In this document: in pieces, positions 41,515-51,139 of the stretch
Numbering within the stretch: position 1 is the stretch's first letter
Layout of the letters: the number at the start of each line of letters is the position of its first letter
NCBI GenBank assembly: GCA_963733195.1
Contig: CAVTCR010000056.1
Location: 153,430-217,429 of the forward strand
DNA: 64,000 nucleotides
DNA from: an uncultured delta proteobacterium
GTDB taxonomy: Bacteria; Desulfobacterota; Binatia; Bin18
Direction of reading: 5' to 3'
Translations under genes and position numbers: made by a program
The notes under the pieces: model-generated
Database searches by the model: none
What the model saw: the letters and a program-made list of their open reading frames with translations, nothing else
Told to the model about the DNA's origin: nothing

Positions 41515-42543
41515 ATGCGACAGCATATTCCCTTTGTGTGGCTTTCTTTGTGTTGTAATTTGTTGTGGTTGAATGTTTTTGGTTGTGCTTCACCCAGCCC
41601 TAAGAGTCCTCCTCCTGCACCGCTTTCCTCCGTAGCCCCGCCAAGCCCTGAAAAAACAAAAGTTGTCGTCCTGCGGTTGGAAAATTCCGTGAAAAAAAGC
41701 AAGGAGGATAAAAGCACGGCAGAGGATCGTCTATTTGGCAACGGAATAAAAGCGCAGATTGTCAATGCGCTTGAACAATCAGGGCGGTTTACCGTCCTGT
41801 CTAATACCGGCCCGAGAGAAGTGATACAGCGAGATAACCTAACAGATTTGGGAGAGATCAAGAGACCCGTCCGTGAGCGAATTGGTTCCCTGGGTGAGGC
41901 GGAATTTCTCATTGCTGGATCGCTTACCACCTATCAACTGAGCAAAAAGAGTAAGAATGCTGGTGTCGAGGCTGATCTGCTCTTTTGTGAGCCGCAGGCG
42001 AGAACGGTTAACGTTGATGGGATTGTTGACATTGCCAAGAAGGTGTTCAAGGGGCTGAAGCCAGTCAACCAAGACCGCATTGCTCTTGAGTTATGGTTGT
42101 TTGACGCGAAAACCGGGAGAAGACTTGCCACGACCAAAATTGAAGGAACTCCGAGTGATTCGAGCGAAGTGATGGCAACGTCAATGCAGCAAGCGGTGCG
42201 TGGAAGTGCCATCAAAGCAGTAGGGTGGATAGTGGATACTGAAGCTGCCTTCCGTGCAGGAACACTTGCTCCGCCGCCAGCCACACTGGAGACGAAAAGG
42301 GCTCCTATTCCTGAGCAAGAAACAGAAAAGGTGAGCAAAACTTCTGTAAGTAAACAGCCACAATCGACGGCGCGACCTCGTTCAACAACGAAAGTGCAAC
42401 CAAAGACGGAAGGAATGGAGAATCTCTCGCCCACAACGAGGGCTGTTGAGGCCGAAGTAGAGGACTTTTCGGAGAGTTCTACGAGTAACCCTGCGCCAAA
42501 GGCCGAAAAATCTCCACCTCAAGAGGAATGGGGCGAGAAGTGA
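41515..42543 (+). CDS. CsgG/HfaB-family lipoprotein
   Basis: Lipobox VFGC, ALEQSGRFTVL, AEFLIAGSLT, LFDAKTG. Confidence 0.75.
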   Translation: MRQHIPFVWLSLCCNLLWLNVFGCASPSPKSPPPAPLSSVAPPSPEKTKVVVLRLENSVKKSKEDKSTAEDRLFGNGIKAQIVNALEQSGRFTVLSNTGPREVIQRDNLTDLGEIKRPVRERIGSLGEAEFLIAGSLTTYQLSKKSKNAGVEADLLFCEPQARTVNVDGIVDIAKKVFKGLKPVNQDRIALELWLFDAKTGRRLATTKIEGTPSDSSEVMATSMQQAVRGSAIKAVGWIVDTEAAFRAGTLAPPPATLETKRAPIPEQETEKVSKTSVSKQPQSTARPRSTTKVQPKTEGMENLSPTTRAVEAEVEDFSESSTSNPAPKAEKSPPQEEWGEK

Positions 42544-42583
42544 TTGATTGTTGCTTCATTCGGTAAAACGAAGTGAGGTCTTC

Positions 42584-43871
42584 ATGGCTGATGATCCAAC
42601 TCTACAACTCTCGTTACGACGGACGCATGAGTGCCCGACCTGCGGCCACAATATGTTGCCGGGAGAGAACCAGTGTGGCTTGTGTGGGACTATCCTGCCG
42701 CGCGACATACCGTCGCCTACCTCTCAAGAGAATACACTTCCTTCCTCAGTTGTCTCGTCGTCGCCAGAGACGTCAGAGCCAACGTTGATTACATCTTTGC
42801 CACCCCCTCCGACCCCTGTCCAAGAGGAGGCATCTAAAGTCGTACCGCCCTTGCCTCCACCGAGTCCACCCCGTATCCAAAAGGAAGCCTCTAAAGCTGT
42901 ACCTTCACTCCCCACCCCCGCCACTCTTTCCGCCAGTAATGACGCTACCGGAGCTGCCTTTAGAATCGCAGCCTGTCCAACAGCCAGTCCTGCCGCAAGC
43001 GGTACAGGTACAGCCGAATCCGTTCGCAAGTTGGGGGAAGCTTGCTGCCGGTGCGCTAGCGCTCTTCTTGGTCAGTTTCTTTGCTGCCAAGATGTTCTCT
43101 TCCTTACGAGCAGAGAAGAGGGCAGAGGTTCCGTCGTCGGGAACAACGGTGGAACGTACGGGTGAGAAAACTACTATAGCTGATAAAAAAGAAGAGAAAG
43201 TCGTTCTCCCCTCACCACCTCTAGCTTCCCCGGTGCCGCAACTCGTCGGACGAGTGACAACGGCTGAACAATTGCTACCGATTCGTATTTTCGGTGCGGA
43301 TCCGAATGATGAGTTGCGCGGGTTGGCCGCCTGCCGCACGCAAGTAGAAGCAAGCGTACAAGGGATTCGTGATGCGTATAACGCACAGATTATGGAAAAC
43401 CCACAAGCACTCGGCGCAGTCGTCTTAGAGTTGAACGTCGCGCCAGAAGGCCAGGTCACGAGCGTAGCAGTGCATACTACCGGCAGTATCAGTCGTGCGC
43501 TGCAGCAAGCCATTATGGACGCGGTTAAAGCCTTGCGATTTGCGCCTGTGCAAGGAGAAGAGGTGAAAGTCTTCTATCCCTTGCTCCTATCGCCAGAGAA
43601 GGTTGACCCAGCCTCATTTGTCTCTCATGTGAAAGAAGTATGGCCTGGCCGGTATAAAGTGCTTGCTGCGACCCCGGTTCCTGTCCACGCTGAAGCAAGT
43701 GAAAGTGCGCAGGAAGTCGGAGCTATCGGGCCTGGGTTATTTCTCTCGGTTGTCAGTTCGCAAGATGGTTGGCTTGGTGCGCTCTCTCCGAAAGGAAAAG
43801 TAGGCTACGTACGTCGGGAAGCGATCTTTCCCCGAGTCGAGAATACGGTCGGTGCTGATGCAAAAGGGTAA
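42584..43871 (+). CDS. Zinc-ribbon + Pro-rich + TM + TonB-C/AgmX-like + SH3-like protein; frameshift near 42910-42940
   Basis: CPTCG...CGLCG; TM LAAGALALFLVSFF; GAVVLELNVAPEGQV...LRFAP...VFYP; GWL...GKVGYV. Confidence 0.7.
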
Positions 43872-44077
43872 CTTTTTGCGTTATGTACGGAACTCGTGCG
43901 AATTCCACTCTTGCCCTGCGTGTATCCTGAGTCCTGAGCCCGTCGAAGGATCGAAGGGAAGTCGAAGGATGGGCGGCATTAAACGCACAACTTTATAGAC
44001 ATATGTCAATTTCTTTCCTGTGATTCAGACCTCACGACCTTTTGCCCCAAGGGCACCTGTGGTACCTTTGAGGCGCT

Positions 44078-45301
44078 GTGATTGACTGTAATATTGTCAT
44101 TATCGGTTCTGGCCCAGCTGGAACTTCTACCGCTCTTCACCTGCTCAAGCGTGACCCTACTTTGGCCGGTGAAATCTTGTTGATTGATAAAGCCGTTCAC
44201 CCACGTGACAAGATCTGCGCTGGTGGATTAATCCCGCATACTCTCGATTGTTTGCGTGAACTGGAGCTTCCACTGTCAGTTCCGCATGTGCCAGTAAACC
44301 GCGCGTATGTGCGAGTTCCGCCAGGACGAGATGTATTTTGCGATGACGGAGGGATGTGTTCTGTCATCCGTCGAGATGAGTTTGATTTTTCCCTCGTCCA
44401 GGCTGCGCGTGAACGCGGGGTAGTGATCCGCGAGGGCGAGAAAGTGCTTGAACTGCGACGTGAGGGGGATCGTGTACTAGTTGTGACAGGCACAGAAACA
44501 TTCCGGGCGCGGGTCGTGGTTGGCGCCGATGGTTCAGGAAGTCGTGTGCGACGACAACTCGTTGGAGCAACTGCGGGCGCTGTTGGCAAAGCCCTCATGT
44601 GTGACATTCCGGTTGCCGACACCGCGTGGGAAGGGTTTTCTCAGCAACGTTATGATTTTAATTTTTTGCCAGTGAGTCAGGGACTGAAAGGGTATTTGTG
44701 GGAGTTCCCCTGTCTGATCCACGGCGAGCCACACATCAATGTAGGAATTTATTCACTAGGAAATACGCACCTCACCAATGCCGATATGCAACGCCTATTG
44801 GCTGAGGAAATCGAGGGACTCAGAGTCCAGAGTCCCCAGTTCCGACCCCCGACCCCTGCCCCCCGATCTCTGACCCCCAAATTCCGCGCCTTCCCCATCA
44901 ACGGCTATACGCCGAAGAGTCCACTCTCAGCACCGAATGTTATACTGGTGGGCGACGCAGCAGGAGCGGAGCCTTTAATGGGCGAAGGAATCTCTTTTGC
45001 CTTGGAATATGGAAAATTCGCTGCCCAGGCGATTACACATGCATTCCAGACCCAGCACTTTGATTTTGCTGATTATACGGACAGTGTGGCGGGTTCTTGG
45101 TTAGGGAAGAAACTTGCCCGGCTGCACTTCGCGACGCGGCTCTTTTACGGCAGGACGCGGCGTTTCTGGTTTGCGCTCGCGGTACGCAATCAACGGCTGC
45201 AATCGATTGGATTGAAATGGTACAACGGAGTTGATGGATGGCAGGAAAAAAGTCGTCGAGATGCACTTCGTGCTGTACTTCTTCCTCGTCATGGTGGATG
45301 A
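44078..45301 (+). CDS. Geranylgeranyl-reductase-family FAD oxidoreductase with in-frame repeat insert (44815-44880)
   Basis: IIGSGPAG, RDKICAG, VGADGSGS, LVGDAAG..PLMGEGI. Confidence 0.88.
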   Translation: MIDCNIVIIGSGPAGTSTALHLLKRDPTLAGEILLIDKAVHPRDKICAGGLIPHTLDCLRELELPLSVPHVPVNRAYVRVPPGRDVFCDDGGMCSVIRRDEFDFSLVQAARERGVVIREGEKVLELRREGDRVLVVTGTETFRARVVVGADGSGSRVRRQLVGATAGAVGKALMCDIPVADTAWEGFSQQRYDFNFLPVSQGLKGYLWEFPCLIHGEPHINVGIYSLGNTHLTNADMQRLLAEEIEGLRVQSPQFRPPTPAPRSLTPKFRAFPINGYTPKSPLSAPNVILVGDAAGAEPLMGEGISFALEYGKFAAQAITHAFQTQHFDFADYTDSVAGSWLGKKLARLHFATRLFYGRTRRFWFALAVRNQRLQSIGLKWYNGVDGWQEKSRRDALRAVLLPRHGG

Positions 45302-45307
45302 TTCTCT

Positions 45308-45688
45308 ATGGTTCAGAAGAAACGAAAAGCTCCAGCTCCCCGCAAGCAACGTTCGTGGACCATTGCAAAGCTTTTGTTGATCATTGGTTACGGTGTCGTG
45401 TTTGCCTTCCTCGGGATCATTTTTCTGATGCGACAGGAACTGTTCCGTGTTGGTATTTTCGGCGATAAGCCTGCCGTTCATACGCCTGTTCCGGTGCCAG
45501 CACCGCCGCCACGAGTAACAACAGAACCGCAGCGCTCGGCTCCTTTATCGCCACCACGAGTAGCGAAGGAATTGCAACGGCAAACTCCAACTCCGTCACC
45601 TCCGACGTCATCCGCCGCACAACATCCGGGTGAGATTACCGCAGACGAGAAAAAGGCCCTGGATGATATTCTCCGGTCCAAACGCTGA
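45308..45688 (+). CDS. Single-pass membrane protein with Pro-rich tail
   Basis: Basic N-terminus, one TM, C-terminal EITADEKKALDDIL. Confidence 0.7.
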   Translation: MVQKKRKAPAPRKQRSWTIAKLLLIIGYGVVFAFLGIIFLMRQELFRVGIFGDKPAVHTPVPVPAPPPRVTTEPQRSAPLSPPRVAKELQRQTPTPSPPTSSAAQHPGEITADEKKALDDILRSKR

Positions 45689-45697
45689 GCACTGACT

Positions 45698-46525
45698 ATG
45701 GAATTTCTTGACGAGGTCTCGCGTACAGTTTCTTTGACGACCGCGCCACGCCGGATCGTTTGCTTAGTTCCCAGCATTACCGAAACGCTCTTTGCCCTTG
45801 GCCTTGGCGACGCCATTATTGGCGTAACTGACTATTGCACGCATCCACCGGACGATGTTGCGCGGGTGGCAAAGGTCGGCGGGACCAAAGACCCGCACAT
45901 CGAGAACATTATCCAATTGGCTCCCGATTTGGTGATTGTCAACGATGAAGAGAATCGCCAAGAAGACTTCGCTGCGCTGACAGAGCGCGGATTGTCGGTG
46001 TATGTGACTGCGCCGCATACTGTAGCGGATGGCATCACTATGATTGAACGACTTGGCCCTGTGCTTGGTTGCCAAACTGCGAGTGATCAGATGGTGACGA
46101 GACTGCGCGCAACATATGATCAGGTCGTGACCGCGATATCCGTCTTGCCGCGCTTGCGTGTCTTTTGCCCTATCTGGCGGAAACCGTGGATGACGTTCAA
46201 TGCTGATACCTATGCCGACGATATGCTGTGGTGTTGTGGAGCGGAGAATGTCGTTCGCACGAAGCCCGAGCGCTATTTTGCTACGACACTCGAAGACATT
46301 GAGCTTTTGGCACCTGAGGTGGTCTTGTTGCCCAGTGAGCCGTATCCGTTTACTGACAAACATTTTGTTCATCTCAAAGCCCTGGCGGATACGCCGGCTG
46401 GGCGTGGCGGGCACTTCTATTGTATCGACGGCATGGCGCTGTGTTGGTACGGACCGCGCATTGCCGACGGGCTGACAGAGCTTTCACGGCTATTGACGTA
46501 CGTCCGTGCGACGCTGGATTCCTAG
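45698..46525 (+). CDS. BtuF-like helical-backbone metal/cobalamin-binding protein
   Basis: RIVCLVPSITETL, VTDYCTHP, VGGTKDP, LPSEPYPF, WYGPR. Confidence 0.85.
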   Translation: MEFLDEVSRTVSLTTAPRRIVCLVPSITETLFALGLGDAIIGVTDYCTHPPDDVARVAKVGGTKDPHIENIIQLAPDLVIVNDEENRQEDFAALTERGLSVYVTAPHTVADGITMIERLGPVLGCQTASDQMVTRLRATYDQVVTAISVLPRLRVFCPIWRKPWMTFNADTYADDMLWCCGAENVVRTKPERYFATTLEDIELLAPEVVLLPSEPYPFTDKHFVHLKALADTPAGRGGHFYCIDGMALCWYGPRIADGLTELSRLLTYVRATLDS

Positions 46526-46587
46526 CCACTTGTCGAAAAGCGAAGAAAAAGAGAAAATAGATAATGTCCAAGCGAGAAGCGCTATAA

Positions 46588-47973
46588 ATGAGGGAGACGA
46601 CTGTGGCCATTTTAGACGACGCTCTCCGTAGGGTTCCCCCGCAGAGTTTAGATGCCGAAGAATCCGTCTTGGGAGGGGTACTCCTCGATGCACATGCCCT
46701 CGACCGGACGATCGAGATGATGGGCGCTGAGGATTTTTATCGCGAAGCGCATCGCAAGATCTTTCGTGCCATGCTGGCATTGAGCGAGAAAAGGGAGCCG
46801 ATCGATCTGGTGACGTTGACCGATACGCTCAAAGCGCGCGGCGAGCTACAAGATATTGGCGGTGCAATCTACCTCGCCGAGCTGGTCGATAAAGTCCCCA
46901 GTGCAGCGAACATCGCGCATTACGCACGCATCGTCCGTGAAAAAGCCGTACTGCGTAGTCTGATCAATGTGTCGAATGAGATTGTCGGTCGTTGCTACAA
47001 TGGTGAGGAGGACATCGAACGCTTTCTGGATGAAGCCGAACGCCTCATTTTTGAAGTGTCGGAAAAACGTGTGCGTCCAGCTTTCTTCAAGATGAGCGAG
47101 ATGATCATGGACACGGTCAAGACAGTGGAGCGACTCTTCGAGCGAAAAGAGTTGGTCACTGGGGTCCCAACAGGTTTTCTTGATCTCGATCGCATGACCG
47201 CAGGGCTGCAGCCCGCTGATCTCGTCATCGTGGCTGCACGGCCGAGCATGGGCAAGACGGCCTTCGTTCTTAACATCGCCCAATATGTCGCGTTACACGC
47301 GAATACCGCCGTTGGTGTCTTCTCCTTGGAAATGTCGAAAGAACAATTAGTGATGCGTATGCTGTGTTCAGAGGCGCGCGTGGATAATGCGAAGGTTCGC
47401 ACTGGCTATCTGGGTGAGCGGGACTTTCCTCGTTTAGCGATGGCGGCTGGGCGACTGGCAGAAGCGCCCATATTTATTGACGATACTCCTGCACAGAATG
47501 TGCTCGAACTGCGAGCCAAAGCCCGTCGGCTCAAGCGTGAAGCGAATGTCGGGCTGATCGTAATCGACTATTTGCAGCTCATGCGCGGACTCACCTCGCA
47601 GGAGAACCGGACGCAGGAGCTCTCCGAGATCTCCCGCAGTTTGAAATCCCTGGCAAAGGAACTGGGCGTGCCGGTGATTGCGCTCTCGCAGCTCAATCGA
47701 CAAGTCGAACAACGCGCCGACAAACGGCCGATGATGTCGGATATTCGCGAGAGTGGAAGTATTGAGCAGGATGCAGACGTGATCATGTTCATCTATCGTG
47801 ACGAGGTCTACAAACCGGACTCACAAGATGAAGGCGTCGCTGAGGTCGTCGTTGGCAAACAACGCAACGGACCGACTGGCACTGTGCGGCTCGCATTTCG
47901 ACGAGAGTATACACGCTTTGACAACCTCGTAGAGGCAATGGGCGAGCCTGGTGACCAGACAGAAGAAGGATAG
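46588..47973 (+). CDS. dnaB: Replicative DNA helicase (no intein seen)
   Basis: PPQSLDAEESVLG, AARPSMGKT, IDYLQLM, LSQLNR, RESGSIEQDAD, KQRNGP. Confidence 0.98.
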   Translation: MRETTVAILDDALRRVPPQSLDAEESVLGGVLLDAHALDRTIEMMGAEDFYREAHRKIFRAMLALSEKREPIDLVTLTDTLKARGELQDIGGAIYLAELVDKVPSAANIAHYARIVREKAVLRSLINVSNEIVGRCYNGEEDIERFLDEAERLIFEVSEKRVRPAFFKMSEMIMDTVKTVERLFERKELVTGVPTGFLDLDRMTAGLQPADLVIVAARPSMGKTAFVLNIAQYVALHANTAVGVFSLEMSKEQLVMRMLCSEARVDNAKVRTGYLGERDFPRLAMAAGRLAEAPIFIDDTPAQNVLELRAKARRLKREANVGLIVIDYLQLMRGLTSQENRTQELSEISRSLKSLAKELGVPVIALSQLNRQVEQRADKRPMMSDIRESGSIEQDADVIMFIYRDEVYKPDSQDEGVAEVVVGKQRNGPTGTVRLAFRREYTRFDNLVEAMGEPGDQTEEG

Positions 47974-48002
47974 CCTACTTCGTCATAGAGAAAAGCAGGA
48001 CC

Positions 48003-48869
48003 TTACGTACGTGCTGACCGTGGCAGTGTAAATGCGTGCCCTTCCGCTGCGAACGGTCCGCGCACCATCAGGTATGACGGGCCGTCGTGATCAAAAAGGT
48101 AGGGTTTGGCTTCGGCGGTAACCGCAAGACGGTCGGGACTAAAACAAATAGCGACTTCCTCGACGGGGTGTGGAACTCTCTCCACAATAGCTGCCAACGG
48201 CGGTATGTGGGGACCAACGACATCCAAGAGCCTGAGACACGTTCCTTCTTGCTCAAGGCAAAGAATCACATCAAGGTCTGCAGCATAATATAAAGGACGG
48301 CTACCTTCATTAAAGCAGAATACCGCTTTTTCATTGATGACCCCCACTACCTGTGAAACTGGTGTCCGCGTTTCCAACAGACGGTGAAGCAGAGCGATGT
48401 CCTGGACATCATGTGGATCAAGGAGTCGCAAGCCGTCCCTGCGCTGGGTTGACTGAGGCGTGACGGTGAAGCCGTGCTCCTGAACGACGCGAAAGCCAAA
48501 CGGCTCGAAATACTCTGGATGCTCAGTCGTGAGAATCTGCGTCGGGTAGCGTTGCGCACAATAGTGTAGCGCTTCCTCAATGACCTGACGATAATGGCCG
48601 CGACGTCGGTAGTCAGGGTGGGTTGCGACTCCGTGGATAGAGCCGACAGCGGTCTTCTCGCCAAGCACGATAAGAGAAAGTTCGATAACACCGACGTGAG
48701 AAAGGACGCGTTCGCCTTCACAGATAAGAAACGGTGTTGAGACCGATTCCCACGGGGCACCCAGTGCTCGGGCATTGTGAGCGACCTGCCGCAACCCAGG
48801 GAAGACAGTATCAATTAAGTCGAACAACCGCTCACTGAGTGTCGGGTCGGCTGAGAACGAGTACTGCAT
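48003..48869 (-). CDS. GNAT acetyltransferase
   Basis: VATHPDYRRRG, YFEPFGF; ATG 48869 after GGAGG. Confidence 0.88.
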   Translation of the reverse strand: MQYSFSADPTLSERLFDLIDTVFPGLRQVAHNARALGAPWESVSTPFLICEGERVLSHVGVIELSLIVLGEKTAVGSIHGVATHPDYRRRGHYRQVIEEALHYCAQRYPTQILTTEHPEYFEPFGFRVVQEHGFTVTPQSTQRRDGLRLLDPHDVQDIALLHRLLETRTPVSQVVGVINEKAVFCFNEGSRPLYYAADLDVILCLEQEGTCLRLLDVVGPHIPPLAAIVERVPHPVEEVAICFSPDRLAVTAEAKPYLFDHDGPSYLMVRGPFAAEGHAFTLPRSART

Positions 48870-48892
48870 AGGCCCACCTCCTGAGAAGGTGT

Positions 48893-49558
48893 TCACGGTT
48901 GAGAAGCGACAGTTGCAGAGAGTTGACTGACATCTCCACAGTTGAGGTATTTGACAAATGGGTCCTGAGTAGAATCGCGGTGCCATTCATATTCCGCAAT
49001 AGCAGCAACCTGCTCAGCTCGTTCTTTTCCGTACATTATGGCGATCACTGCCAGTGCCATATCCATTCCTGCGGATACGCCCGACGACGTGACGAACTTC
49101 CCATCTTCCACCCAGCGTGCTTGTTCGACCCACTTTACCTTGTCACTTTGATTAGTAATCAGTGAGAAAAATTGTTTGTTCGAGGTAGCACGACGACCAT
49201 CGAGTAAGCCCGCTTTGGCGAGTATCCCTGACCCGGAACAGACAGACATTGTGAAACGTGCGGTTGTTGCTCGTTGCCGAAGAAATTCTAGCATGACAGG
49301 ATTCTCTACTTCGGCGAGGGTGCCAATTCCTCCAGGCAGCAGGATCAGGTCGAGCGGTGGACAGTCAGCAAACCCATAGTCGGCAAAGGCTTTTGGTCCC
49401 TGCGCTGACATGACCTCGCCAGCTTTCTGGGCGACGGTGACCAGGCGCAGTTCAGGGCCAATGTTCCCGAACATTTCCAATGGACCGTAGACATCAAGTA
49501 GCTCGAAGTTGTTGTAAAAGATCGCACCGAGAGTAAGGGATGATTTTGTATTCGACAT
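48893..49558 (-). CDS. DJ-1/PfpI family protein
   Basis: ELLDVYGP, LPGGIG, SVCSG, TSSGVSAGMD. Confidence 0.9.
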   Translation of the reverse strand: MSNTKSSLTLGAIFYNNFELLDVYGPLEMFGNIGPELRLVTVAQKAGEVMSAQGPKAFADYGFADCPPLDLILLPGGIGTLAEVENPVMLEFLRQRATTARFTMSVCSGSGILAKAGLLDGRRATSNKQFFSLITNQSDKVKWVEQARWVEDGKFVTSSGVSAGMDMALAVIAIMYGKERAEQVAAIAEYEWHRDSTQDPFVKYLNCGDVSQLSATVASQP

Positions 49559-49809
49559 TATTTTGCCTCCTGTTCGTTCTTGTTTCCCAGCGAATGTCCG
49601 ATTCATCGCGCAATAGCTGTAAGTGCGAGTCCTGCACGCCTCACTCCTTTCGCCTTGCTTACGTGGTGTGTTGAGGTCATACAAGCACCCTGGTGTCTTT
49701 TCATGATACCGTGCGGCTTGGCCTGTGTTCGTATGCATGGCGTAGCCCACGGAGTTCAGATACATCTGTAGCTGAACTGCTCGTATTAGTTCTCAGAAGG
49801 AGCAACGAA

Positions 49810-50667
49810 ATGTCGACACGTACTGTAACAAAGATTGTCAAAGCGCAACCGACTTCAGACGGTGCCGGAGTGCGATTATTCCGCACTATTGGTTCACAAA
49901 CCCTCGACTCGTTCGACCCGTTCTTGCTACTCGACGAGTTCAAGTCAGATCAGAAAACCGATTATATTGCCGGGTTTCCGGATCACCCCCATCGCGGCTT
50001 CGAAACTGTAACCTATATGTTAGCTGGTTCGATGCAGCATAAAGACCACAAGGGGAATGAGGGCAATCTGGTTGCTGGCAGTGTGCAATGGATGACCGCT
50101 GGTCGCGGGATCATTCATTCAGAGATGCCCAAGCAGGACAACGGTCTGATGTGGGGATTTCAGTTGTGGGTCAATCTGCCAGCAGCAGAGAAGATGACCG
50201 CACCGCGTTATCAAGACATTCCACCCGAAGAGGTACCCGAGGCAACGCTTACGAATGGAACGAGGATTCGCGTCATCGCCGGAGCAAGCGCCGGGCTCCA
50301 GGGAGCCGTGCAAGGAATTGTAACTGCGCCGCTCTATTTGGATGTGCATATTCCTAGTGGGGAGAGGTGCACTCTGCCAGTCCAGCGCGGACATGCCGCG
50401 CTCTGCTATGTTTTTGTTGGACAAGGGCAGCTCGGTCTGACGGCTACAGACCCAGGTCGGCAGGTTGCTGCGCAACATCTTGCAATTCTCTCTGATGGAG
50501 AGGAACTGACAGTGAGAGACGGAAAAGGAGCCCGTGCGATTTTCTGCTTGCTCGCCGGGAAACCGTTACGCGAACCGATTGCTCGCTATGGACCCTTTGT
50601 GATGAATACGCGCGAGGAAATTCTCAAGGCGGTTGAGGATTATCAGCGGGGGACGTTTCTGGCTTAG
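49810..50667 (+). CDS. Pirin family protein
   Basis: DPFLLLDEF, HPHRGFETVTY, QWMTAGRGIIHSE, YGPFVMN. Confidence 0.95.
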   Translation: MSTRTVTKIVKAQPTSDGAGVRLFRTIGSQTLDSFDPFLLLDEFKSDQKTDYIAGFPDHPHRGFETVTYMLAGSMQHKDHKGNEGNLVAGSVQWMTAGRGIIHSEMPKQDNGLMWGFQLWVNLPAAEKMTAPRYQDIPPEEVPEATLTNGTRIRVIAGASAGLQGAVQGIVTAPLYLDVHIPSGERCTLPVQRGHAALCYVFVGQGQLGLTATDPGRQVAAQHLAILSDGEELTVRDGKGARAIFCLLAGKPLREPIARYGPFVMNTREEILKAVEDYQRGTFLA

Positions 50668-50689
50668 GGGGTAAACTGTAAGCAGCTTT

Positions 50690-51118
50690 TTAGACCGGAG
50701 TCAGCTCGACCACTGGGATTACTCGTGTCGTCTTCTTCTGGTAGTCTGCGTACGTTGGATATAGGGCAAGAAGCTTCGGCCATATTTTATCTTTCTCTTC
50801 AGAGCTGAGTGAGCGTGCGCGGTAGCGCTGAACCCCTTTGTGCAGCTCGACGCCGACCTCGGGATTGGCAACAAGATTTCTGTACCAGCCAGGAGGTACG
50901 TCGTTTCCTCCGAAGGAGGCGACGATGTAAAGCTTCCCATTTTCTTCGACATAGAGCAGCGGCACTGAACTCTCACGCCCTGTTTTCCGTCCACGAGTGG
51001 TGAGGATCAAGGTCTGACGAAATGCGCCTGGACCGGTGAGTCCAACCGAACGAAAGAGAAAAGTGTGAAAACTGCTTACGCTGCGGACAAACCCTTCAGC
51101 TAATGGATGCATTTTCAT
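50690..51118 (-). CDS. Deazaflavin (F420H2)-dependent nitroreductase, Ddn family
   Basis: LTTRGRKTG, VASFGG, WYRNLVANP, YQKKTTRVIPVV. Confidence 0.9.
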   Translation of the reverse strand: MKMHPLAEGFVRSVSSFHTFLFRSVGLTGPGAFRQTLILTTRGRKTGRESSVPLLYVEENGKLYIVASFGGNDVPPGWYRNLVANPEVGVELHKGVQRYRARSLSSEEKDKIWPKLLALYPTYADYQKKTTRVIPVVELTPV

Positions 51119-51139
51119 TGCTTGCTTTCTCCTTTTCTC

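Noticed and set aside
45600-45700. Cobalamin riboswitch upstream of the BtuF-like gene or the mutase
   Set aside because: The BtuF-like gene is 9 nt from the previous stop, and no B12-box motif was recognised upstream of either gene
46588-47973. Intein in DnaB or nearby replication origin
   Set aside because: DnaB is normal length with contiguous motifs; no DnaA-box cluster noticed
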